In this document: in pieces, positions 1 to 12,282 of the stretch
How positions within the stretch are numbered: the stretch's first letter is position 1
How the letters are laid out: each line of letters opens with the position of its first letter
Source of the DNA: Octopus vulgaris
Taxonomy: Eukaryota
DNA: 64,000 bases
NCBI GenBank assembly: GCA_951406725.2
Contig: OX597821.1
Span: 118,792,001 to 118,856,000, forward strand
Direction: 5' to 3'
The notes under the pieces: generated by a model
The model's database searches: none
What the model saw: only the letters and a program-made list of their open reading frames with translations
Told to the model about the DNA's origin: nothing
Translations under genes and position numbers: made by a program

Positions 1-173
1 TCTGCTAGAAGTAGTAGTCAAATCCACCACAATTCACACTTTGTCACCTTAAAGAAGAATACACTGGACAATGTTTTTCTGGCTCGTCTACATGAAGGAT
101 AAAGACAGGATGGTCATGGCTAGAATGCGTTTGATCATAGATCACTGTTTGGTTGACATGAAACTAAACATTT

Positions 174-373
174 TCATGGAAATTCACTGTCTAGATAATT
201 TACTGCGTCAGTACAATCAAATAACTTAAGAGCATTTCTGAGTGTTTCGTGTTTCTTTCGATCACATCTCTTGAACCATCTGTTGAGCATCTCGAATCTC
301 TGTTCATTAGTATCCTTTGGACAGTCACTGATGATAGTTTCCAGCTCAGTTTGTTTAATTCCTAATTCCCTTC
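174..373 (-). CDS. Terminal exon, rest of the death domain ([33 protein letters not shown]...[23 protein letters not shown])
   Basis: Acceptor ttttgcag. Death-domain pattern GR.LG.....I..D.P....EQ..EML..W......L..AL......D....L, stop TGA at 174-176. Confidence 0.88.
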
Positions 374-3300
374 CTGCAAAACATACAAAAATAATAAATA
401 ATTGCAACAACATTAAGAATAAAATAAGAGATGCATATTGCAGATTGTAATAAATATAACAACGATATTATATCGGGAGAGAAATTTAAAAAATAGGTAA
501 GAAAAATGAAAAATATTAGACATTGTTCTCTATTTCTAGGAATGGTGATTAAAAGATAACAAAGAAATTGAAATAAAGGATTGAAATGGAGAAATGTTTT
601 AAAAAGTATTGAAAATTACATTTGAGAGAATTTCTGGTAAAGAGATGGCAGGGAAAATGATTGTGTGGGTAATAGCGTATGAGAACCTAAAGAATCTATT
701 AATATCACTCAAAGAGTCACATTATCTCATCCATCTATCCATTTTCTCTACCCTCTATTCATAAAAGGGTTGTGGGGGTAGAGTCGCCAGGGAACCCCCT
801 TCAAAGTTACTTTCATATTACTGTCCAGTTGGATTCTCAAGCTTGACCAATTCTTTCTTGTGACAGTCTAATCTCATGTCCATAGAACTGGAATTGAGAC
901 CCCTCAATTCAGGGAAATAGTAGCTCAACCTGGAGAGACTCCCAACTCTCTGAGCTGTGCACCTCCTTTTGAGTAACAGATACCATTTAAAGGAATCCCA
1001 TTTCAGCTGCTTTGAATCATCACCTGATCAATACCTGGAATAGTCATCAGTGATGTCTCTCCTACTTCTACTCTCACTAATTAACAATTAAAATATATCA
1101 ACATTTAGAAATAACTTGAACTATCAATACCAGTAATATTAGGTACACCTGGACCAATTAAAATACAAGTGAGCATGACACCAAAATGACCTTAATTACA
1201 CAAAATACAAAATATAATACTGTTAGGTACACAACACATATTTTAAAAGACACCAACTTAACCATGTTGGGTTCATGACTCGTAATAAGGATTTCTTTTA
1301 CTGGACCAATGCCACAATTTAGAGAGAATCCGATAATGGAGAGGTTTTAGAGTAAAGCTAGCAAAGAGAAGAGTTTTAGTTTTGTACGAAAGAAGTTTTG
1401 TAGGAAAGAAGACGGGGTCACAACCATCTACACCATACACATGTAGACGCTTAGGGACTGAAGGAATCACTGCATCTACCAACCTCTACATCATCTGGGG
1501 AAGTTACCATATTTCATAAAAAGGTAGAAGGGGTTAATAGGGATTCTATACTGTGTATTCAATGCACACAATGGGAGATCTGGGGTCAGAGGTAGGTTGA
1601 TGGAGAGGAAGGAGTTTGTGAGTAGTAGATATACAGGAATAGTTAGTTGTAAGAATAACTGTGAAAGGCATGGACGAGAGTTTCTGTTACCTAGGTGACA
1701 TAATTAGGAGTGGGAGAGACTACTCTGAAAGTAAGGTGATTAGAGAAAAAGCTGAGGTGGCAAAATGTACATGGAGCTGTTATCCCTACTGACAAATAAA
1801 GAATTCTCTTTCTGAATGAAGGGTAGATTGTATGATGTATATTTGTAAAGTGCAGCGATGCATTGAATGTGGAGGATGTATGAAAACTGGCAAGAAATGA
1901 GGTGAGAATACTTCACGAGAAATGTAATGTTAGTGTATTGGAATGCTGGAGAAAAGATGAGCTGGAAGAAAAACTGGGTCTCAGTAGAATCAGGGAATAA
2001 TGGGAAGTTTGTATAAATCATACTTTCTGTTCTTACCCATTCACACAAAGAGAAATGGAATATTGTGATGTTCATGATTTCTAAATGATATTTGTATTGT
2101 AAAGGGTGAGGAAAAAATGTCAAATAAGAAATGAAATCCAGTTAAGTTTACCATATTTTAACATGTACAAGGAACCAATTTTTGTTTAAAATTAGGTTTA
2201 AAAAGTATGGGAGCTTCTTATACATGGATAGCATTATAATCCCTTACAAAACCTTATTGCCAAATTTTACGCCTCAAAATTTAAAACAAGGTAATATTTT
2301 TATAATTTCTGTTTTGTTTTATAATTTGTGTTTTGTTTCATTAACTTACAGCGCGGAGTTCAATCCACACGCAAAAACAATCAAAAATGGGGCCTGTCAA
2401 TTTAGAGACAAGACTATATGCTGACCTGGGGCTATAACAAGAGTAAAAAACAAACTGGTCAGGCGAGGGGCTACAACATGTCACACAAGAGGCACACTCT
2501 TGGGTTAACGACGTTGCATTTGATAATGAGATCCTCTTCTCCTAAGAGAAAGAATGATGCCGCACCCGGAACACTTTTCTTCTGAAGATTAAGGCAGATA
2601 TCTACCACAACCATGACAACAACAACCTACCAGTGAACAAAGTAAAAATCTAAAGAAACGAAACCATTGACATTAACTCACCTGTTTGTACATAAACAAC
2701 AACATATTTTAGATCCCTATTTTAAAAGAGAATATTAAATCTTTTGTGGCTTCAAATTAATCCATTTTACCAACCATGCAAACCTTGATTTTATGAAGTT
2801 TCTTCAATAGAATTACTTTGCAGTTAAACTTTCAATTGGAAATTAAAAGAATGGAAACTGTTCTCAATCATTCTAACAAACAGAAGCTCAAGTGAAGCCA
2901 AAATTTCAAAAAATCAATTAGGTATTAAATGCTCACCAACAAAACGCCAGTTACTCCCTAACTTCGTTGCCACTATATTGAGATGATTCTCCTCCAGTTT
3001 AACAGACTCTGAAAATAAAATATTTCCAAATTTTACACATCAAAATTTAATTTCTCTTTCTCTTTTATTAATGGTCTATATTTTGGCATTGTTATTCACA
3101 TCATCAACGGTCAACTGGTGGCCACTATGGGGTTCGACAGCATTTTTATACTTACCATAGTGACCCCATCTAATGACACAATGTTAAGGTCCACACCAGA
3201 ATGGACTAATCTTCATTTCCCTATTAAGATATCCTCTGTAATCAAATAATCTAGTACATATACCTGTTGAACCTCGCATTATTGCATTGAAACTACCTGA

Positions 3301-4234
3301 AATGGTTCAGCAGAAATGGGACTCAAAACATTATAAGCAAGATGAGGATATAGACCAAGCTGCAAGAACCAGATCTTGTATTTGTACAGTGCTTTTGACT
3401 TAACGATCGCTTTAAACCCATTCTCAGTTCGTGCCATGGTGCATAGCATATTCGTAAGCTTCTTATTGGTTTGTCTTTAACTTTTGGAATCGTTTCTCCT
3501 ACTACTTTGAACTCCACTTGCTTCTCAGGTCCTTTGACAAATGAATGTATTAATTAATTGCCTTAAAACTCCTCCTTGGGCAAGTGATTGATCCATACTG
3601 TCTACCCACAACTATATGTTAGAATTGTAATATCGTCCACCGTTGCCATCTTAGGCGATTCAATTTGAGCCATTTCTTCTGGTAAATATGCTAATCTAAG
3701 TAATATCTCCATAACAGACCCAAGCCAGATGACTGACATTTGGCAACCTGCAGCAATTCCAAGCCGATGCCAGTCTGTTGTGAAACATTCTGATGTCTGC
3801 CACATCTTGAAATTGGTACAAAAGCCCCTCATTAGATTGTCAATGTTCTCCAGTGTATAAAAGAAGTCCACTGCTTCCATCAACAAATCCTTTGGTAGAG
3901 GCCCATGAGTGTTTGCCAGATCAATTTATACAACATTGAAATCTTCTTGAGGATATGACAAAGGTCTTACTGGTTGGGCCACATCAAAATACTCCCAGGA
4001 CCATTAAAGAAGTGGTTGGTGTTAGGAAGGGCATGCCACCGGTGAAAAGCTGGAATGTCTTAAGTGAGAGATATTCTTCCACCAACGAATAAGAGCTGAC
4101 CAGGACAGTGACCACCCATCTAAAGCATGAGAGTATGGAAAACATGATTAATGATGAGTACAATATCATTGATTGTATTGAATCTTGTAGCCAAAATCTG
4201 TTTTGAAGAAAGAGAGAGAGAGAGAGAGAGGGGG

Positions 4235-4276
<42 letters not shown>

Positions 4277-6467
4277 CTTTGCTTATCTCAGTAGCAATCC
4301 AAACTCTTCTACTTTGATAAGAACAATGGATGTATTAAAAGATTTAGTATCAGTGAAGCAAAGACATGGGAATTGCTTTTGGAACACTTTTCATCTTAGG
4401 TCCACCAGATTATGTCAGACATCTGACTGAACAAAAACGGCAGCAACAACAACAAAAACAACAACAGCAACATCTGTAACCTTAGTAAAAGTGTAAAGAA
4501 AGAAAGGTCACTGACATTAACTCACCTGTTTCTACATAAACAACAACATATTTTAGATCCCTATTTTAAAAGAGAATATTAAATCGTTTGTGTCTTCTAA
4601 TTAATCCATTTTACCAACCATGCAAACCTTGATTTTATGAAGTTTCTTCAATAGAATTACTTTACAGCTAAACTTTCAATTGAAAATTAAAAGAATGGAA
4701 ACTGTTCTCAATCATTCTAACAAACAGAAGCTCAAATGAAGGTAACATTTCTAAAAATCAATTAGGTATTTTATACTTACCATTTTGCTGGTATTTACTC
4801 CCTAACTTTGTTGACTCTCCTTGAATATGCTTTTTCTCTAGTTTAATAGACTCTGAAAATAAGATATTTCCAAATTTTACTCATCATACTTTAATTTCTC
4901 TTTCTCTATTAATAGTCTATATTTTGTCATTGTTATTCACATCATCAATGGTCAATTGGTGGCCACTATGGTGTTGGACAGCATTTTTATACTTTCCATA
5001 GTGACACCATCTAATGACACAATGTTAAGTTCCACACCAGAATGGTCTAAACTTCATTTCCCGATTAAGATATCCTCCGTAACCAAATAATCTAGTAATT
5101 ATCACAGTTAATTATCACTTGATGTCACTGTTCTCTTCTTCGTTTTGTCTTTCTTTACTTATATCTGTGCCAAATCAATGACCTTGTCCTCACATCTCTA
5201 GACTTCACTAACCAGCATTCTTCTTGCTGCTTAATTCCAATGTCAACCAACTTAGTTCTGCAAAGGTCTTACCACAAACACATGTCACACTATTTCAAGT
5301 AGGATAAACACACACCTGATCTCTTTGTTGAAGGTTGTTGGTTGCAATTTTTAATTTTCACTGAACACATCACACTTCACCAGAATGTTCTCTGACTCAA
5401 GATATATCTGAAGACATTACAATGCTAGTCAGCTTCTCTGATAATTCTACCTAGGTAGAGCAGAAGACGATGACAGGTATCTTAAACCCCCAGTACACAT
5501 GCACAAAACCTCACCAACTACATATATCTGTTGATCCTCGAGTTATTGCATTGAAACTACTTGAAATGGTTCAGAAGAAATGAGACTCAAAACATTATAA
5601 GCAAGATGAGGGTATAGACAAGCTGCATGCACCAGATCTTGTATTTGTCCAGTGCTTTTGACTTAACTATTGCTTTTAACCCATTCTCAGTTCGTGCCAT
5701 GGTCCATAGCATATTCGTAACATCTTATACGTTTAACTTTTGGAATCGTTTCTCCTACTACTTTGAACTTCACTTGCTTCTCATGTCCTCAGACAAATGA
5801 ATGTATTAATCAATTGCCTTAAACCTGCTCCTTGAGAAAGTGATTGATCCATACAGTCTACACACACATATATGTTAGAATTGTAATATCGTCCACCGTT
5901 GCCGTCTTAGGCGATTCCATTTGAGCCATTTCTTCTGGGAAATCTGCTAATCTAAGTAACATCTCCATAACAGACCCAAGCCAGATGACTGACATTTGGC
6001 AACCTACAGCAATTCCAATTTCAAGACGATGCCAGTCTGTTGTGAAACATTCTGATGTCTGCCACAACTTGAAATTGTTACAAAAGCCTCTCATTAGATC
6101 GTCAACGTTCTCCAGTGTATAAAAGAAGTCCACCGCTTCCATCAACAGTTTCTTTGATAGAGGCCCATGAGTGTTTGCCAGATCAATTTATACAACATTG
6201 AAATCTTCTTGAGGATATAACAAAGGTTTTGCTGGTTGGGCCAAAGCAAAATGCTCCCAGGCCCTTTTTAGAAGTGGTTGGTGTTAGGAAGGGCATGCCA
6301 CCAGTGAAAAGCTGGAATGTTTTAAGTGAGAGATATTCTTCAACCAACGAATAAGAGCTGACCAGGACAGTGACCACCCATCTAAAGCATGAGAGTTTGG
6401 AAAACATGATTAATGATGAGTACAATATCATTGATTTTATTGTATATTGTAGCCAAAATCTGTTTTG

Positions 6468-6534
<67 letters not shown>

Positions 6535-8776
6535 TGCTTATCTCAGTAGCAATCGAAACTCTTCTACTTGGATAAGAACATTGGATATATTATAAGTTTC
6601 AGTATCAGTGAAACAAAGACATGGAAATTGCTTTTGGAACACTTTTCATCTTTACTCCACCAGATTAAGTCAGACGTCTGACCGAACAAAAACAGCAACA
6701 ACAACAAAAACAACAACAACAACATCAGTAACCTTAGTAAAAACGTAAAGAAAGGAGAATCATTGACATTAACTCTCCTGTTTATACATAAACAACAACA
6801 TATTTTAGATCCCTATTTTAAAAGAGAATATTAAATCGTTTGTGTCTTCTAATTAATCCAATTTACCAACGATGCAAACCTTGATTTTATGACGTTTCTT
6901 CAATAGAATTACTTTACAGCTAAACTTTCAATTGGAAATTAAAAGAATGGAAACTGTTTTCAATCATTCTAACAAACAAAAGCTCAAATGAATGCAAGGT
7001 TTCTAAAAATCATTTAAATATTTTATACTTACCGTCTTGCTGGTTTTTACTCCCTAACTTTGTTGACTCTCTTTGAATATCATTCTCTTCCAGTGTTAGA
7101 GACTCTGTAAATAAGATATTTCCAAATTTTACACATCAAACTTTAATTTCTCTTTCTCTTTTATTAATGGTCTATATTTTGTCATTGTTATTCACATCAT
7201 CAATTGTCAACCGGTGGCCACAATGGTTTTGGACAGAATTTTTATACTTTCCATAGTGACCCCATCTAATGACACAATGTTAAGGTCCACACCAGAATGG
7301 TCTAAACTTCATTTCCCGATTAAGATATCCTCCGTAATCAAATAATCTAGTAATTATCACATTTAATTATCACTTGATGTCACTGTTCTCTTCTTCGTTT
7401 TGTCTTTCTTCTCTTATATCTGTGCCAAATCAATGACATTGTCCTCACGTCTCTAGACTTCACTAACCAACATTCTTCTTGCTGCTTAATTCCAATGTCA
7501 ACCAAGTTGGTTCTGCAAAGATATTACCACAAACACATGACACACTACTTCAAGTAGGATAAACACACACCTGATCTCTTTGTTGAAGGTTGTTGGTTGT
7601 AATCTTTAATTTTAACTGACCACATCACACGTCAACAGAATGTTCTCTGACTCAAGAAATATCTGAAGACATTACAATGCTAGTCAGCTTCTCTGATAAT
7701 TCTACCCTTTTGGAGCAGAAGACGATGACAAGTGTCTTAAAACCCCCGGTACACATGCACAAAACCTAATCAACTACATATATCGGTTGATCCTCGAGTT
7801 ATTGCACTGAAACTATTTGAAATGGTTCAGAAGGAATGAGACTCAAAGCATTATGAGCAAGATATGATATAGAACAAGCTGCATGCACCAGATCTTGTAT
7901 TTGTCCAGTGTTTTGACTTAACTATTGATTTAACCCATTCTCAGTTCGTGCCATGGTCCATAGCATATTCCTAAGCTTCTTATAGGTTTGTCTTTAACTT
8001 TTGGAATCGTTTCTCCTGCTACTCTTAACTTCACTTGCTTCTCATGTCCTCTGAAAAATGATTGTATTAATTAATTGCCTTAATCCTCCTCCTTGAGCAA
8101 GTGATTGATCCATACAGTCTACCCACAACTATTTGCCTATCGTCTTCGTCTCATGTTAGACTTGTAATACCATCCACCATTGCCATCTTAGGTGATTCCA
8201 ATTGAGACATTTCTTCTGGGAAATCTGCTAATCTAAGTAACATCTCCATAACAGACCCAAGCCAGATGACTGACATTTGGCAACCTACAGCAATTCCAAT
8301 TTCAAGACGATGCCAGTCTGTTGTGAAACATTCTGATGTCTGCCACAACTTGAAATTGTAACAAAAGCCCCTCATTAGATCGTCAACGTTCTCCAGTGTA
8401 TAAAAGAAGTCCACCGCTTCCATCAACAATTTCTTTGGTAGAGGCCCATGAGTGTTTGCCAGATCAAGGCATACGACATTGAAATCTTCTTGAGGACATG
8501 ACAAAGGTTTTACTGGTTGGGCCACAGGAAAATGCTCCCAGAAGCATTCTAGAAGTGGTTGTTGTAAGAAGGGCAAGCCACCAGTGAAAAGCTGGAAGTT
8601 TTTAAGTGAGAGATAATCTTCAACCAACGAATAAGAGCTGACCAGGACAGTGACCACCCATCTAAGCATGATAGTATGGAAAACATGCTTAATGATGAGT
8701 ACAATATCATTGATTGTATTGAATCTTGTAGCCAAAGTTTGTCTTGAAGAAAGAGAGAGAGAAAGAGAGAGAGAGG

Positions 8777-8822
<46 letters not shown>

Positions 8823-11800
8823 CTTTGCTCATCTCAGTAGCAATCGAAACTCTTCTACTTTGATAAGAACAATGGATGTATTAAAAGATTTAGTATCAGT
8901 GAAAGAAAGCCAGGGAAATTGCTTTTGGAAACACTTTTCATCTTTAGTCCACCAGATTAAGTCAGACGTCTGACCGAACAAAAACAGCAACAACAACAAA
9001 AACAACAACAACAACATCTGTAACCTTAGTAAAAATGTAAAGAAAGGAGAATCATTGACATTAAATCTCCTGTTTATACATAAACAACAACATATTTTAG
9101 ATCCCTATTTTAAAAGAGAATATTAAATCCTTTGTGTCTTCTAATTAATCCATTTTACCAACCATGCAAACCTGGATTTTATGAAGTTTCTTCAGTAGAA
9201 TTACTTTACAGCTAAACTTTCAATTGGAAATTAAAAGAATGGAAACTGTTCTCAATCATTCTAACAAACAAAAGCTCGAATGAAGGCAAATTTTCTAAAA
9301 ATCAATTAGGTATTTTATACTTACCTTCTTGCTGGTATTTACTCCCTAACTTTGTTGACCCTCTTTGAATATCATTCTCTTCCAGTGTTACAGACTCTGT
9401 AAATAAGATATTTCCAAATTGTACATATCAAACTTTAATTTCTCTTTCTCTTTTATTAATGGTCTATATTTTGTCATTGTTATTCACATCATCAATGGTC
9501 AACCGGTGGCCACTATGGTTTTGGACAGCATTTTTATACTTTCCATAGTGACCCCATCTAATGACCCAATGTTAAGTTCCACACCAGAAAGGTCTAAACT
9601 TCATTTCCCGATTAAGATATCCTCCGTAATCTAGTAATTATCACATTTAATTATCACTTGATGTCACTGTTCTCTTCTTCGTTTTGTCTTTCTTTTCTTA
9701 TATCTGTGCCAAATCAATGGCCTTGTCCTCACGTCTCTAGACTTCACTAACCAGCATTCTTCTTGCTGCTTAATTCCAATGTCAACCAAGTTGGTTCTGC
9801 AAAGATCTTACCACAAACACATGACACACTACTTCAAGGAGGATAAACACACACCTGATCTCTTTGTTGAAGGTTGTTGGTTGTAATCTTTAATTTTAAC
9901 TGACCACATCACACATCACAAGAATGTTCTCTGACTCAAGATATATCTGAAGACATTACAATGCTAGTCAGCTTCTCTGATATTTCTACCTAGGTAGCGC
10001 AGAAGACTATGACAGGTGTCTTAAAATCCCCAGTACACATGCACAAAACCTCATCAACTACATATATCTGTTCACCCTCGCATTAATGCACTGAAACTCC
10101 TTGAAATGGTTCAGAAGGAATGAGACTCAACCATGCTGCAAGCACCAGATCTTGTATTTGTGCAGTGCTTTTGACTTAACTATTGCTTTTAACCCATTCT
10201 CAGTTCGTGCCATGGTCCATAGCATATTCCTAAACTTCTTATAGGTTTGTCTTTAACTTTTGGAATCGTTTCTCCTGCTACATTGAACTCCACTTCTTCT
10301 CATGTCCTTTGACAAATGAATGTATTAATCAATTGCCTTAAACCTCCTCCTTGAGCAAGTGATTGATAAATACAGTCTATCCACAGCTATTTGCCTATCG
10401 TCTTCGTCTCATGTTAGACTTGTAATACCATCCACCATTGCCATCTTAGGTGATTCCAATTGAGACATTTCTTCTGGGAAATCTGCTATTCTAAGTAACA
10501 TCTCCATAACAGACCCAAGCCAGATGACTGATATTTGGCAACCTACAGCAATTCCAATTTCAAGACGATGCCAGTCTGTTGTGAAACATTCTGATGTCTG
10601 CCACAACTTGAACTTGTTACAAAAGCCCATCATTAGATCGTCAACGTTCTCCAGCGTATAAAAGAAGTCCACTGCTTCCATCAACAATTTCTTTTGTAGA
10701 GGCCCATGAGTGTTTGCCAGATCAAGTCATACAACATTGAAATATTCTTGAGGATATAACAAAGGTTTTGCTGTTTGGGCCACAGTAAAATGCTCCTAGG
10801 ACCATTAAAGAAGTGGTTGGTGTTAGGAAGGGCAAGCCACCAGTGAAAAGCTGGAATGTTTTAAGTGAGAGATATTCTTCAACCAACCAATAAGAGCTGA
10901 CCAGGACAGTGACCACCCATCTAAAACATGAGAGTATGGAAAACATGATTAATGATGAGTACAATGTCATTGATTGTATTGAATCTTGTAGCCAAAATCT
11001 GTCTTGAAGAAAGAGAGAGAGAGAGAGAGACTTTGCTCATCTCAGTAGCAATCGAAACTCTTGTACTTGGATGTATTAAAAGATTTAGTATCAGTGAAAG
11101 ACAGACATGGAAATAGCTTTTGGAACACTGTTCATCTTAGGTCCACCATATTATGTCAGTTATCTGACCGAAGAAAAACAGCAGCAACAACAACAAAAAC
11201 AACAACAACAACATTTGTAACCTTAGTAAAAATATAAAGAAAGAAAAGTCACTGACATTAACTCATCTGTTTATACATAAACAACAACATATTTTAGATC
11301 CCTATTTTAAAAGAGAATATTAAATCCTTTGGGTCTTCTAATTAATCCATTTTACCAACCATGCAAACAAGATGAGGATATAGACCAAGCTGCAAGCACC
11401 AGATCTTGTATTTAACTATTACTTTTAACCCATTCTCAGTTCGTGCCATGGTCCATAACATATTCCTAAACTTCTTATAGGTTTGTCTTTAACTTTTGGA
11501 ATCGTTTCTCCTGCTACATTGAACTCCACTTGCTTCTTATTTCCTTTGACAAATCAACGTATTAATTAATTGCCTTAATCCTCCTCCTTGAGCAAGTGAT
11601 TGATCCATACAGTCTACCCACAACTATTTGCCTATCGTCTTCGTCTCATGTTAGACTTGTAATACCATCCACCATTGCCATCTTAGGTGATTCCAATTGA
11701 GACATTTCTTCTGGGAAATCTGCTATTCTAAGTAACATCTCCATAACAGACCCAAGCCAGATGACTGATATTTGGCAAGCAACAGCAATTTCAAGACGAT

Positions 11801-12245
11801 GCCAGTCTGTTGTGAAACATTCTGATGTCTGCCACATCTTGAAATTGTTACAAAAGCCCATCATTGGATCGTCAACGTTCTCCAGTGTATAAAAGAAGTC
11901 CACTGCTTCCATCAACTATTTCTTTTGTAGAGGCCCATGAGTGTTTGCCAGATCAAGTCATACAACATTGAAATCTTCTTGAGGATATGACAAAGGTTTT
12001 ACTGCTTGTGCCACAGTAAAATGCTCCCAGGACCTTTTAAGAAGTGGTTGATGTTAGGAAGGGCATGTCACCAGTGAAAAGCTGGAATGTTTTAAGTGAG
12101 AGATATTCTTCAACCAACGAATAAGAGCTGACCAGGACAGTGACCACCCATCTAAAGCATGAGAGTTTGGAAAACATGATTAATGATGAGTACAATATCA
12201 TTGATTTTATTGAATCTTGTAGCCAAAATTTGTTTTGAAGAACGC

Positions 12246-12282
<37 letters not shown>

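Noticed and set aside
2681-2716. Possible extra mini-exon ending in cag|gtgagt within the tandem unit
   Set aside because: It is about 35 nt and would shift the frame, and the donor is lost in units 3 and 4 (ctctcctg).
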